Shown here one piece after another: positions 52,629 to 64,000 of a stretch of 64,000 nt of DNA; the first letter of the stretch is position 1; the number at the start of each line of letters is the position of its first letter. This stretch comes from Octopus sinensis (taxonomy: Eukaryota): positions 109,120,001 to 109,184,000 of the forward strand of contig NC_043005.1 of NCBI RefSeq assembly GCF_006345805.1, written 5' to 3'. Under the pieces are notes generated by a model that was not told the DNA's origin, made no database searches, and was given only the letters and a program-made list of their open reading frames with translations. Made by a program: the position numbers and the translations under genes.

Positions 52629-54482
52629 GTAACATGGGAAGCAAAACAATAAATTGAACAATTAAATAGTTTAATCATTAAATGATAAATTCGTACAAAC
52701 AAATGACAAATCTCATAAATTACAGATGTTTCAATTCTATTAATAAAAACGAGTTTTCCAAGAAAAATTAAATATCGTTTAAGTATAATGAGGTTTCATC
52801 CGATAGACATATCTTCTTGAATATTTTACAAAAAATAACAATTGAAAGTTTTTATAACTGCTAATGCTATTCAAAAAATTGCTTTTTGAGAGAAAGCTTA
52901 AATCATAAATAAATAATCTAATTGAAATTTCGTAATATATATAATCGACTTAATTCGTCTGTCTGTCCTTGTTTGTCTCATCTGTGTTTAACCCCTTCTT
53001 TGTAGTAAAGAAATGTATATATTATATAACCTGTATTTACTTTAAACTATAACTTGAATAAATTGTAAGCTTTTATGTAGATTTGAATTAATATATGAAG
53101 TAATGTTTTACTGCAAATATATATACATGTGTATATGGAAATGTATATGCATTCTAATTGTAAATATATATACAGATGAATAAGTAAACTTCTGTATTTA
53201 AATATGCATGTATGTATATGTACATGTGTGTGTATGTATATATGCATAAATGGATAGATGTACATGTGTATATATAGATATATATAAATACGTCTATATG
53301 AATGTGTGTATTGTGCTATGGAATCAGCTATAGAACTAGATACTAATAGATTTAAATTTAGGAATTTTCAAAATTTCAGCTAGATTATTTATTTATGATT
53401 AATCTTGCTATCAAAAAGCGTTTTTTTTTTGTTTTGAATAGTGATAACAGGTATACAAATTTTCAATTACTCTTTACTCTTTTACTCTTTTACTTGTTTC
53501 AGTCATTTTGACTGCGGCCATGCTGGAGCACTGCCTTTAGTCGAGCAAATCGACCCCGGGACTTATTCTTTGGAAGCCCAGTACTTATTCTAATCGGTCT
53601 CTTTTGCCGAACCGCTAAGTGACGGGGATGTAAACACACCGGCATCGGTTGTCAAGCAATGCTAGAGGGACAAACACAGACACACAAACATACACACACA
53701 CACACATATATATATACATATATACGACAGACTTCTTTCAGTTTCCGTCTATCAAATCCACTCACAAGGCATTGGTCGGCCCAAGGCTATAGCTGAAGAC
53801 ACTTGCCCAAGATGCCACACAGTGGGACTGAACCCAGAACCATGTGGCTGGTTAGCAAGCTACTTACCACACAGCCACTCCTGCTATTTTTCCTGATGTA
53901 TTTAAGAAGATATACGTATCTGATGAAACCTCATTATATTTAAACAATATTTTATCATTCTTGAAAAACTTGTTTTTATTAATGGAGTTGAAACAGCTGT
54001 ACTTTATAGGATGTGACATTAATTGGAACCGTGTTGTTGGTAAGCAAGCTACTTACCATACAGCCACTCCTGCACCTATATCCATTCATTTATTCACTTA
54101 TTCGTTTATTTGATTCAGTCATTTGACTGCAGCCATGCTGGAGCACTGCCTTTAATTGAACAAATCCACCCCAAGACTTATTCTTTGTAAACCTAGTACT
54201 TATTCTATCAGTCCCTTTTTATAAAACTGCTAAGCTATGAGGACGTCAACACACCAGCATCAGTAGTCAAGTGATCATGGTGGGGACAAACTTAGACACA
54301 CAAACATACACACACACATATATCCGACGGGCTTCTTTCAGTTTCCGTCTACCAAGTCCACTCCCAAGGCTTTGGTCAGCTTAAGGCTATAATAAAAACA
54401 CTTGCCCGAGGTGCCATGCAGTGGGACTGAACCGGGAACTATGTGGTGGGAAAGCAAGCTACTTTCCACACAGCCACTCTCT
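52190..54482 (-). mobile_element. OR1-like SINEs (52190-52345 partial; 53470-53885; 54105-54482) with intervening unique DNA
   Basis: Same family motifs; the span includes non-SINE sequence. Confidence 0.75.
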
Positions 54483-55094
54483 GCTTGTTCTTTCACCCAT
54501 TATAATTAGTTAGTTGTGAGGTGGAATGAGTGAGGTGGAGTGAGAGAGAGAGAAAGAGAGAGAGAGAGGAGTGAAGAAAGAAGAGAGGAAGAAGTAGAAA
54601 AAGGTGATTAATATTAATGAACTTATGCCAAATGGTCTCGTGGTCAGCTGATGATAGAAGCAAAGAACAAGAGAAAAAGAAGACAAGAGAAAAAGAAGAC
54701 AAGAGAAAAAGAGGGAGAGAGAGGTTTTAATGATGTGCGGTGGGGTGGGGAAGGAATACTTATTACATGGTTAAAAAGTTAGCTGAAATGAAAGGTAGAT
54801 AGAGAGAGAAGTACAGGGGAGGGAGAGAAGGAAAGAAAGAAAGACAGGCAGATAGCAGTGGTGGTGGTGGTGGTGGTGTGTGTGATAAGTAAAGTGCACA
54901 GTTCTCTTCCCCTCCTTAGCTTGTTAGAGTTCAGAATGCTAGACTTTGCCAGACTAAAATGTCCAGGAGAAAAACAAAAAAACATCATCGAAATTACAAC
55001 CAATCAAAACTTGATCTTTTACCATAAAAACATAAATATATATACTTGAAGATTTTGGACTTATAACATTTCAAACCCTAATAAGTTTAGATGT

Positions 55095-55370
55095 GGAGGC
55101 ACATGGCCTAGTGGTTAGAGCAGCAGACTCACGGTCGAGGGATTGTGGATTCAAATCTCAAACTGGGCAATGTGTGTGTGTGTTTATGAGCAAAACACCT
55201 AAGCTCCACCGACCCCAGCAGATGGTAATGGGGAACTCTTATTGACTCTTTCGCCACAACTTTCTCTCACTCTTTCCCCTTGCAGGTCACCTACGATGGA
55301 CTGGCATTCCAAGGAAACCGGGAAACTGGCCCTTATGAACCAGGCATGGCTCAAGAAGGAACATAAAAGA
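55095..55370 (+). mobile_element. tRNA-SINE family B head/body with a V-domain-like 3' part
   Basis: Head ggaggcacatggcctagtggttagagc (A box). cgatggactggc resembles the V-SINE core. Confidence 0.6.
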
Positions 55371-55861
55371 AAAGTTTAGATGGTGAAGAGACCCATGCAC
55401 TTCAGCTGAAATTGAGAAAAGAATTACATGTACCATGACAGAAATTGTGAAAAGAAACTTCTTTTCTTTCTCTTCATCTTTTTCTTTTCACCCCCAACCC
55501 ATTTTTTTCTTAATAAGAACTTAATATGACTGAATTTTCAATGATGTTCATTTGTTATGATCTTCACTGAACATTTACACTTATAACTACTATCCTATTC
55601 CTATGAAGCTCATTGAAATTGTGTGAACATTTAAAGATTTGATCATTGAAACATGTTTTTCTGATATTTACCTTGTAACTTTAGACTCTCCTAAACAACT
55701 CTTCATTTACTGATTTATACCATTGATAAGCAAAAAATCGGGGAACAAGTTTGGTATTTGAAGAAATCCATTACAAAATTTAAAAACGACTACATGTTTT
55801 AAGATTCAGGTGCAGTTTTGAACCCAACACAAATTCTCCTGTATTTGAGCGTGTGTGTGTA

Positions 55862-55892
<31 letters not shown>

Positions 55893-55902
55893 ATTATATT
55901 TT

Positions 55903-55934
<32 letters not shown>

Positions 55935-55986
55935 ATATATATATGTATATACATTATATATATATTATATAATTTTTTTTTTTTTT

Positions 55987-56198
55987 GTACTTGTTTCAGT
56001 CATTTGACTGTGGCCATGCTGGAGCACCGCCTTTAGAGTGTGAAGAGTACAGCAGGGATCACCACCATCCCCTGCCGGAGCCTCGTGGAGCTTAGTGTTT
56101 TCGCTCAATAAACACACACAACGCCCGGTCTGGGAATCGAAACCGCGATCCTCCGACCGCAAGTCCGCTGCCCTAACCACTGGGCCTTTGCGCCTCCA
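55987..56198 (-). mobile_element. Chimeric SINE: family B head/body with an OR1/LINE-type tail
   Basis: Intact A/B boxes (tggttagggcagcgg; ggtttcgattcc). The body joins directly to aaaggcggtgctccagcatggccacagtcaaatgactgaaac. Confidence 0.7.
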
Positions 56199-56417
56199 CC
56201 ATATATATATATATACATTATATATATATATATACATTATATATATATATATATATATCACCGTGATTACCGTGACCGACCAGGGTATCAGATGTTGCTA
56301 CACATCGCTAGTCACAATGCGCTTCGCATTGTTTTAGCCTTCAAATGACGCCACCACGCTGGCTAGCGAGCAGGCCAATATGTATATATATATATATATA
56401 TATATATGTATTTACAT

Positions 56418-56482
<65 letters not shown>

Positions 56483-56519
56483 CATTATATATATATATAT
56501 ATATAACTCAAATGATGTC

Positions 56520-58127
56520 TTTTTTTCTTCCCAGATTAAACTCATAACAATTAATGGTGGCAGTCAGACTAAAATTCTACTGGAAGTGTGAAAATGCAGT
56601 TGAAGTGAAAAGACGGTTTAGGAGGGAGTTTCAAACAGATCCACCAATGTGATTTACCATTGCTTAAATTAGAGATAAGTTTGAAGCCGATGGAACTGTT
56701 CAGAATATCCATAAGAAGCGTTCCAGAAGACCACAAACATCAACAATCCCCACAAAGCAAGGATTGCTGGAAATGCATCCCCAAAGTCAAAAAAACCTGT
56801 GCAACAAGAGATTCATGAGGTAGGTATTACAGAATCAACTGTTCCAACGCATTTTGAAGTGTTGTCAATGGAAAAATTACATCCCAAGATTAGTTCATGC
56901 TATTAGTGACGATAATCCAGACCAAAGTGTGCAGTATTGCGAGTGGTACTCGGCACAATGTGTAGGAGATGCACACTTTCCAACAAAGATTGTGTGGAGT
57001 GATAAGGCCACATTCAAATTAAATGGTTCAGGCGCAGGAGTGGCTGTGTGGTAAGTAGCTTGCTAACCAACCACATGGTTCCGGGTTCAGTCCCACTGCG
57101 TGGCATCTTGGGCAAGTGTCTTCTGCTATAGCCCCGGGCCGACCAATGCCTTGTGAGTGGATTTGGTAGACGGAAACTGAAAGAAGCTTGTCGTATATAT
57201 GTATATATATGTGTATGTGTGTGTATGTTTGTGTGTCTGTGTTTGTCCCCCTAGCATTGCTTGACAACCGATGCTGGTTTGTTTACGTCCCTGTAACTTA
57301 GCGCTTAGGCAAAAGAGACCGATAGAATAGGTACTGGGCTCACAAAGAATAAGTCCTGGGGGTCGAGTTGCTCGATTAAATGCGGTGCTCCAGCATGGCC
57401 GCAGTCAAATGACTGAAACAAGTAAAAAAGTAAAAAAAGTAATGTAAGTAAGTTAACCACCACAATTACACCTACTTTGGACCTGAGAATCTGCATGTTA
57501 TGGTGGAACACCTTGTTAATTTAACACGGGTCACAGTGTGGTGTGGCTTATCATCAAGAGGTGTTAATTAGACATTTCTTCTTTGACACTACTGTGACTG
57601 GTCCCATTTATTTGAAATTACTGCTACAGTTTGTCAGGCCAAGCATTAGAGAAGACTTTGAAGATGAGGAGTTATACTTTCAGCAAGATGGGGTACCCCA
57701 ACACTACAGTTGTGGTGTTAGATCCTTCCTTGATGAGTCCTGCCAAACAGGTGGATTGGATGGAGGGCTTTTGGTGAATACCCTCCGTGTTCACCAGACT
57801 TCACACCACTAGACGTTTTTTGATGGGGATACCTAAAAGACAAAGTCAATGCTATGAAACCTGTAATAGTCGCTGATTTGAGAGTAGCCACTGAATGAGA
57901 ATGCGCACAAATACCAAACAAATTGTTTTGTGATGTTTGCAAATCCATTGCTTTGCATTGTCGGCAGTGTCTGGAACAGAACAGATATCAGTTTGAAAAT
58001 AGGTATTGATAAAACAACAAAATAATGCCTATAGATTCTATTAAATTTTGAAAGTGAAATGTATTTTAATAAACACCTACTTTACAATTATTTAAAGTGT
58101 GTATGCATTATTTTGTGAAACCCTATA
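56520..58127 (+). mobile_element. Decayed DD41D Tc1/mariner element, copy 2, interrupted by a SINE at 57031-57451
   Basis: [13 protein letters not shown]; [11 protein letters not shown]...[11 protein letters not shown] gives 41 residues between D2 and D3 after one frameshift correction. TIR-like end gaaaccctata. Confidence 0.8.
57031..57451 (+). mobile_element. OR1-like SINE inserted in the DD41D transposase
   Basis: Splits KLNGS|VNHHN; full head and tail present. Confidence 0.85.
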
Positions 58128-58139
58128 TATATTGTGCTT

Positions 58140-58516
58140 ACCTTGGATTGTAGGGTGAAATCAAATGGAAATTGTAGTTGGTAACCTGTGCCAGTGGCAT
58201 GTAAGAAGCACCATCTGAACGTGGCCGATGCCAGCGCCGCCTTGACTGGCTTCCATGCTGGTGGCACATAAAAAGAACCAACCGATCATGGCTACTGCTA
58301 GCCTCCCCTGGCACCTGTGCCAGTGGAACATAAAAAGCACCCACTGCACTCACAGAGTGGTTGGTGTCAGGAAGGGCATCCAGCTGTAGAAACACTGGCA
58401 GATCAGACTGGAGACTGGTGCAGCCTCCTGGCTTCCCAGACCCCAGTTGAACCGTCCAACTCATGCTAGCATGGAAAACAGACGTTAAACGGTGATGATG
58501 ATGATGATGATGATGA
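58140..58516 (+). mobile_element. RTE-tail SINE/LINE end with three internal tandem units
   Basis: Same family as 33305-33651; (ATG)n tail. Confidence 0.75.
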
Positions 58517-58918
58517 TATATATGTATATATGTTCATATTACATCTGTTTTGCTACACTAGCATGCATTAGGAGAATATATTATTGATAGCTTATTTCAC
58601 ATGTCTTTGAAAAAACAGAGCCAATGGATGACTTGTTGATAAGGGAAATGAAAACATCACTACTTGAGTGATTTTGTTTTCCAGAGAAATACAAATAGAA
58701 AGATTCACACAAATATGCATGCACACACATACATGTATGTATGCATGCACTTATGTACATACATACAAGCATGCATACATACATGCGTACATGAATACAT
58801 ATGTGTATATATATGTATGTATATATATTTGTATATATGCATATATAAAAATATGCATATATGCATATATATATATATATTTATATATATTTACATATGT
58901 ATATGTATGTGTATATGT

Positions 58919-59310
58919 AGGCGTAGGAGTGGCTGTATGGTAAGCAGCTTGCTTACAAACCACATGGTTCCTGGTTCAGTCCCACCTTGTGGCACCTTGG
59001 GCAAGTGTCTTCTACTATAGCCTTGGGCTGACGAAAACTTTGTGAGCGGATTTTGTAGACAGAAACTGAAAGAAGCCCATCGTGTATATGTATGTATGTG
59101 CATATGTTTGTGTGTCTGTGTTTGTCCCCACCACATCACTTGACAACCGATGCTGGTATGTTTACGCCCCGATAACTTAGCGGTTTGGCAAAAGAGACCG
59201 ATAGAATAAGTACTAGGCTAACAACAAATAAGTCCTGGGGTCGATTTGCTCGACTAAAGACTGTGCTCCAGCATGGCCACAGTCACATGACTGAAACAAG
59301 TAAAAGAGTA
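58919..59310 (+). mobile_element. Full-length OR1-like SINE
   Basis: Same family. Confidence 0.85.
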
Positions 59311-59770
59311 TGTATGTATGTATGTATGTATGTATGCATGTATGTATATTTGTTATTAGTGGTGGAAGCGGTACTGGTTCAGAGAATCATTCTGTATACC
59401 TTACTTCACATGGTTATACTGTTGAAAGACAAAATTACAGTATTCACCTTGAAAAAACCTCTCACATAGATGTATAGTACTAAAAATACACTAGTGCATA
59501 AGTAGCAGAAGGCAAGTTTCCTGCAACAGTGGTGTAATTGCCAAGATCCAGATTTCTGTGTTGTTGGATATCCTCAGTATACGACATGGTAAAGCCTTCT
59601 GAAATTCCATCACAATTGGTTTATCTTCAAGAAAGGAGACCTACCTCATATTTCTTAGAAATTTGCATTCTTCATCAACATTATTGTAGGATAATCTCTG
59701 TCAGTGTGTGTATGCTCATGCATGTGTATGAGAGAGATAGAGATAGAGAGAGAGAGTGTGTGTGCTTGTG

Positions 59771-59802
<32 letters not shown>

Positions 59803-60038
59803 TGTGTGTGTGTATATATATATACATATATGTGTTTGTATATATATATACATGTGTGTGTATATATATATGTATATATATGTATATATATCTATATCTC
59901 TATATATATATGTATATATGTATATTATATAGTTATATAATGTATATATATATATATATGTATATATATATAAACACATATATTATATACATATATAATA
60001 TACATATATACACATATATATACATATATATACATATA

Positions 60039-60085
<47 letters not shown>

Positions 60086-60469
60086 TATGTATATGTATGT
60101 ATGCATGTGTTATGCTTGTATGTATTTATATTAAGCTTTCTCCTTCTCCTTAACTCTAAATATATGCATGAATGTGTGAAGATACATATAAATGTAGATT
60201 CATCTGCTCCAACTTGTTTTCTTCTCCAAAACTACTTTTGAGAATTTTTGTAAATTATAAATAGAAAAAAAAAGAAAACCTGAATAAGAGCACAAAAGCA
60301 CTAAGTAAAATGTTTCTACGAAATACAAAATACTTAGAAAAATGTAAATAAAATATGGAAGGCAATAAGAAAATTGGAACCTGAGGACACAATTCCAATA
60401 TATATATATATATTAATATTATGTATATATATATGTATATATATAATGTATATATATATATATATATAT

Positions 60470-60513
<44 letters not shown>

Positions 60514-60553
60514 TGTATAATATATATGTATATATTATATAGATATATATATC

Positions 60554-60586
<33 letters not shown>

Positions 60587-60654
60587 TATAGTATATATAT
60601 ATATGTAATATATATCTATATATATATATATAATATATATATGTATATATCTAT

Positions 60655-60728
<74 letters not shown>

Positions 60729-61339
60729 ATATGTGTGTGTGGTGTATATATTAATATGATATATATAATATATATATATCTATATATATATATATATATA
60801 TGTGTATATATATATATATTATGTATATATATTGTATGTATATATTTATGTATGTATATATTTATGTATGTAAGTATGTATGTATGTGTGTGTGTGTGTA
60901 TATTTTCTTCTATAATTTACTTATTCAAACCCTTTTCAAAAATTTTCTATCTATTCTTTAGACATACATGCAAAAATAAATAAATAAGATGCAATAAATG
61001 AAATGACTATACATACATAAAAAAATTGCCTAAAAAATTCATTTGAATAAAACCTATAGATTAAATGTACTGGGTATATGTTGTGACAGTTGGAGGGGTG
61101 TGCCATTGTCTTGAGTGTAGAAGTTCTTACATATGTACATACATACATAGCTATATATATATATAACTTGTTGGTGCTTTCATCACACGATGATTATTTA
61201 AATGTGAACCATTAGACACGAACATCTTCACTGCCGTTTAAGTGATAAAGTTCATCTCACACTTTCCTTTCGTGAAATAATACAAAAAAATGTATTGAAT
61301 TGAATTCTTCTTGCCTGTCCCATTGAGAAGAACGATGAA

Positions 61340-61377
<38 letters not shown>

Positions 61378-61997
61378 TGATAGTAATAATAATAGTAATA
61401 ATAATAATTATAATGATAATAATAACAATAACAAAAGTAATGTTCTACTGTAACTAATAACACTAAATACGTAAAGAAGATAGATAAAATGGTGAAGAAA
61501 GAAGGAAAATAAGGCCAATGAGAAGGTGGGTGAAGGAGAAGAGGAATGAAATCAGTATTAAGAAGTGAAATAATTAAATAAGATACATATAGAAATGAAA
61601 TTGTAAAAACCGAAAGAAATCAAAATATCTTTAAAGAAATTTTCTCATCGAAATGTCAAAATGTCACTACCTCCACCTCATCTGCATACATACCATTGGA
61701 ATCATATCACTATCTATCTATGCGTGTATATATGTGTGTGTGTATGTGTATATCTCACTATGTTATATCGAATGAGTGTGTTCATGCGTGTGGCATACAA
61801 CTTTACAGTACATTCAGCAACAATAGTAATTATACAATGGCTTGTCAATTTTAAATTCATTCATGAACAATCGCACACACGCAACCATATATACACAATC
61901 TCACCCGGAAGAATATACACATTTATCCCCTTATATAGATTTTGGCATTATGAATGTGTTCAGGTACATGCATTTATATGTGTGTGTGTGTGTGTGG

Positions 61998-62044
<47 letters not shown>

Positions 62045-62814
62045 CATATATATATGTATATACATATATACATATATATTTATATACTTATATATAGACA
62101 TGTATGTATACATATATACATATATATATACACACACATATATATATATACATATATATATATATTCATACATACATAAACACACAGACATAAATACGCA
62201 TACATAAATACAGATATGCATTCACACATATATGTATGCACCTATGCACATGTATGTTTGTATGTACATATATCTTGTACAAAGTTCAGAGCATTCAATT
62301 TTAAGTTAATAGAATGAATATATATTTCTAGAAAAAAAGTGAAAGCTAAATTCCTTAATTCAGACAGTTTGTGCTTGCAGGTAATTTTCATACAAAATAT
62401 TACTCCTTATCAGATACTCTGAACAACAATTTATGTTAAATTTCATATCTTAATAAAAAATATTTGAAGTCAAAAGTCTGTTTCTTATTAATTAATCAAG
62501 TGTCAAAATCAGGTGACTGATGATTTTTGAAACCATGATAAAACCCAAATTTGAGACCTGTGACCACTTTTGTTCCAGCCATGAATATCACATGATATTT
62601 TCAGAAAGTGTGTATCAAGAACTATATGAACAAATGTGATTTTCCTTGTAAGCAATTTTTATGTCTGTGTGATGACGGAGTTCTCATCTAGTCGCAAGAT
62701 TTTGGTTTCAGTCACACTGAGTGACACCTTTGGGAAAGGGTTTCTGCTATAGTCTCAAGCCTTGTAAATGGATTTAGTCAATAGAAACTGAATATATATA
62801 TATATATATATTGG

Positions 62815-63000
62815 GAGAGTTCACGAAAAAACAAAAGACGAAGACAAGTGGTGTAGAAAACAAACAGATGTATTAGTATAACGCTCAGGAATAGAAAAAG
62901 TCTTTTACATTTCGAGCCTATGCTCTTCTACAGAAAGGGACACAGAAAAAAAAACAAAGAGAAAAAAAATGTGTGTAGTGGCCTCCGATCTATCATATAT
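62815..63000 (-). mobile_element. Same short PLE-type repeat, decayed hammerhead at 62902-62937
   Basis: Reverse complement matches 51325-51500 and 7240-7385; (TA)n flanks. Confidence 0.55.
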
Positions 63001-64000
63001 ATATATATATATGTGTGTGTATGCATGTGTGTGTGAGTGTGTGCATGCATGTATGTACATGTAATTTGTGTCTCCTTGTTTTGATATAATGTGACAATTG
63101 TAAATGAGTGCTATCGTCATACAAGTGGTGTTCTTTTTCTCCAATCTTCTATGAATACACATCCAGGCATGGGGAAATATTATCTTGTTAGAAAGCAAGT
63201 TAGGGTTGGTGACAAATTAAGACATATTATCTGTAGGTAATATCCTTTAATCCTTTGTCTATATATAAGTTTAAAGCAGGTGAGGAAATGATGGAGAGGA
63301 GGAAGAAGATAATCCTTAAATTCTAAAGCATTGTAATGTCAACTATAATATATGGCTGATAAGTACAAAGCTGTCTCACTAATTGACTTTGCGTTTGTAA
63401 CATCTCCTGCTTGGCTGCAGTTAGAAATCATTCAAATTATATAAATAAACAGACACAGATTGGACAACGGTCATTGCTAGAATACTTTTCATCATAGGTC
63501 TGCTGCATCAGGGCTGACCTGAGGTAAAACAGCAACAACAAAAGCAACTACAACATTCTCAATAAGAACAATATAGAAAGAGAGTGGATACTTGTTACTA
63601 TGTCAGCAAGATCAGAGCTGGCTGAAGGCTAAACAACAGACCAGACGGTTGTCACTGCTGGAATGCATTTGATCGTAGGTATGTTGAATCAGGATTGCTA
63701 TGTGAGCGAAGAGTAAGAACCACTACAACAATAACCATTGATGCAGTGCAACTCATTACATTGAACAATGCTAAAGTCAGACATTAATTTAAAGACAATA
63801 ATCCTTTCACCTTTTTCTCAAAATCCAATTAAAAGCTGGTCATTTATTAACAATAAATAAAATAGTCCATCAACGAACAAATACTAAATGTAAACTAAAC
63901 AAAAAAATCAAAAATTGCTACATGGTTGCTCATCAGATTAGAAATAATGATAGGAAAATTATAAAATAATAATAAGAAAATTACAAAATAATAATAATAG

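Noticed and set aside
54905-55025. Strong pyrimidine tract plus AG followed by 35 open codons
   Set aside because: Adjacent to GA/CT low-complexity DNA with no supporting exon partner or homology.
56120-56198. tRNA-like sequence with A/B boxes (also the heads of all OR1-like copies)
   Set aside because: These are SINE heads followed by SINE bodies and tails, not functional tRNA genes.
59350-59590. Two possible plus-strand exons (GGSGTGSENH..; [10 protein letters not shown]..)
   Set aside because: Weak donors, several open frames and no recognisable protein; the minus strand also resembles a decayed RT (EFQKAL).
62517-62540. CTGATGA..GAAAC hammerhead-like words
   Set aside because: Only ttttt lies between the core halves (no stem II) and there is no stem I partner.

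Overview
AT-rich, microsatellite-dense eukaryotic DNA with no confidently identifiable host gene. The repeat families (CORE-type tRNA-SINEs resembling octopus OR1/OR2, Nin/Deu-domain SINEs, RTE-tail SINEs) point to a coleoid cephalopod, most likely Octopus; this is recognition from memory, not a database result. Almost all ORFs in the supplied track are microsatellite translation artefacts. Real coding remnants are transposon-derived: a young 5'-truncated Tx1/L1-clade element in a (GATA)n array, RTE and RTE-X fragments, CR1-like LINE ends, a decayed Ty3/gypsy gag-pol, a hAT transposase fossil, maT-like (DD37D), DD41D and mariner fossils, and a Penelope-like RT fragment (YRDDGL). The three most interesting signals are: (1) several minimal type I hammerhead ribozyme folds in short Penelope/retrozyme-like repeats, arranged as tandem, circularly permuted or palindromic copies, mostly in (TA)n tracts; (2) a Nin-domain SINE whose 3' tail matches the Tx1 3' end found in the same window and which sits inside another Nin-SINE at the homologous position; (3) modular SINEs that swap tails. 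One 100-N assembly gap lies at 51937-52036.
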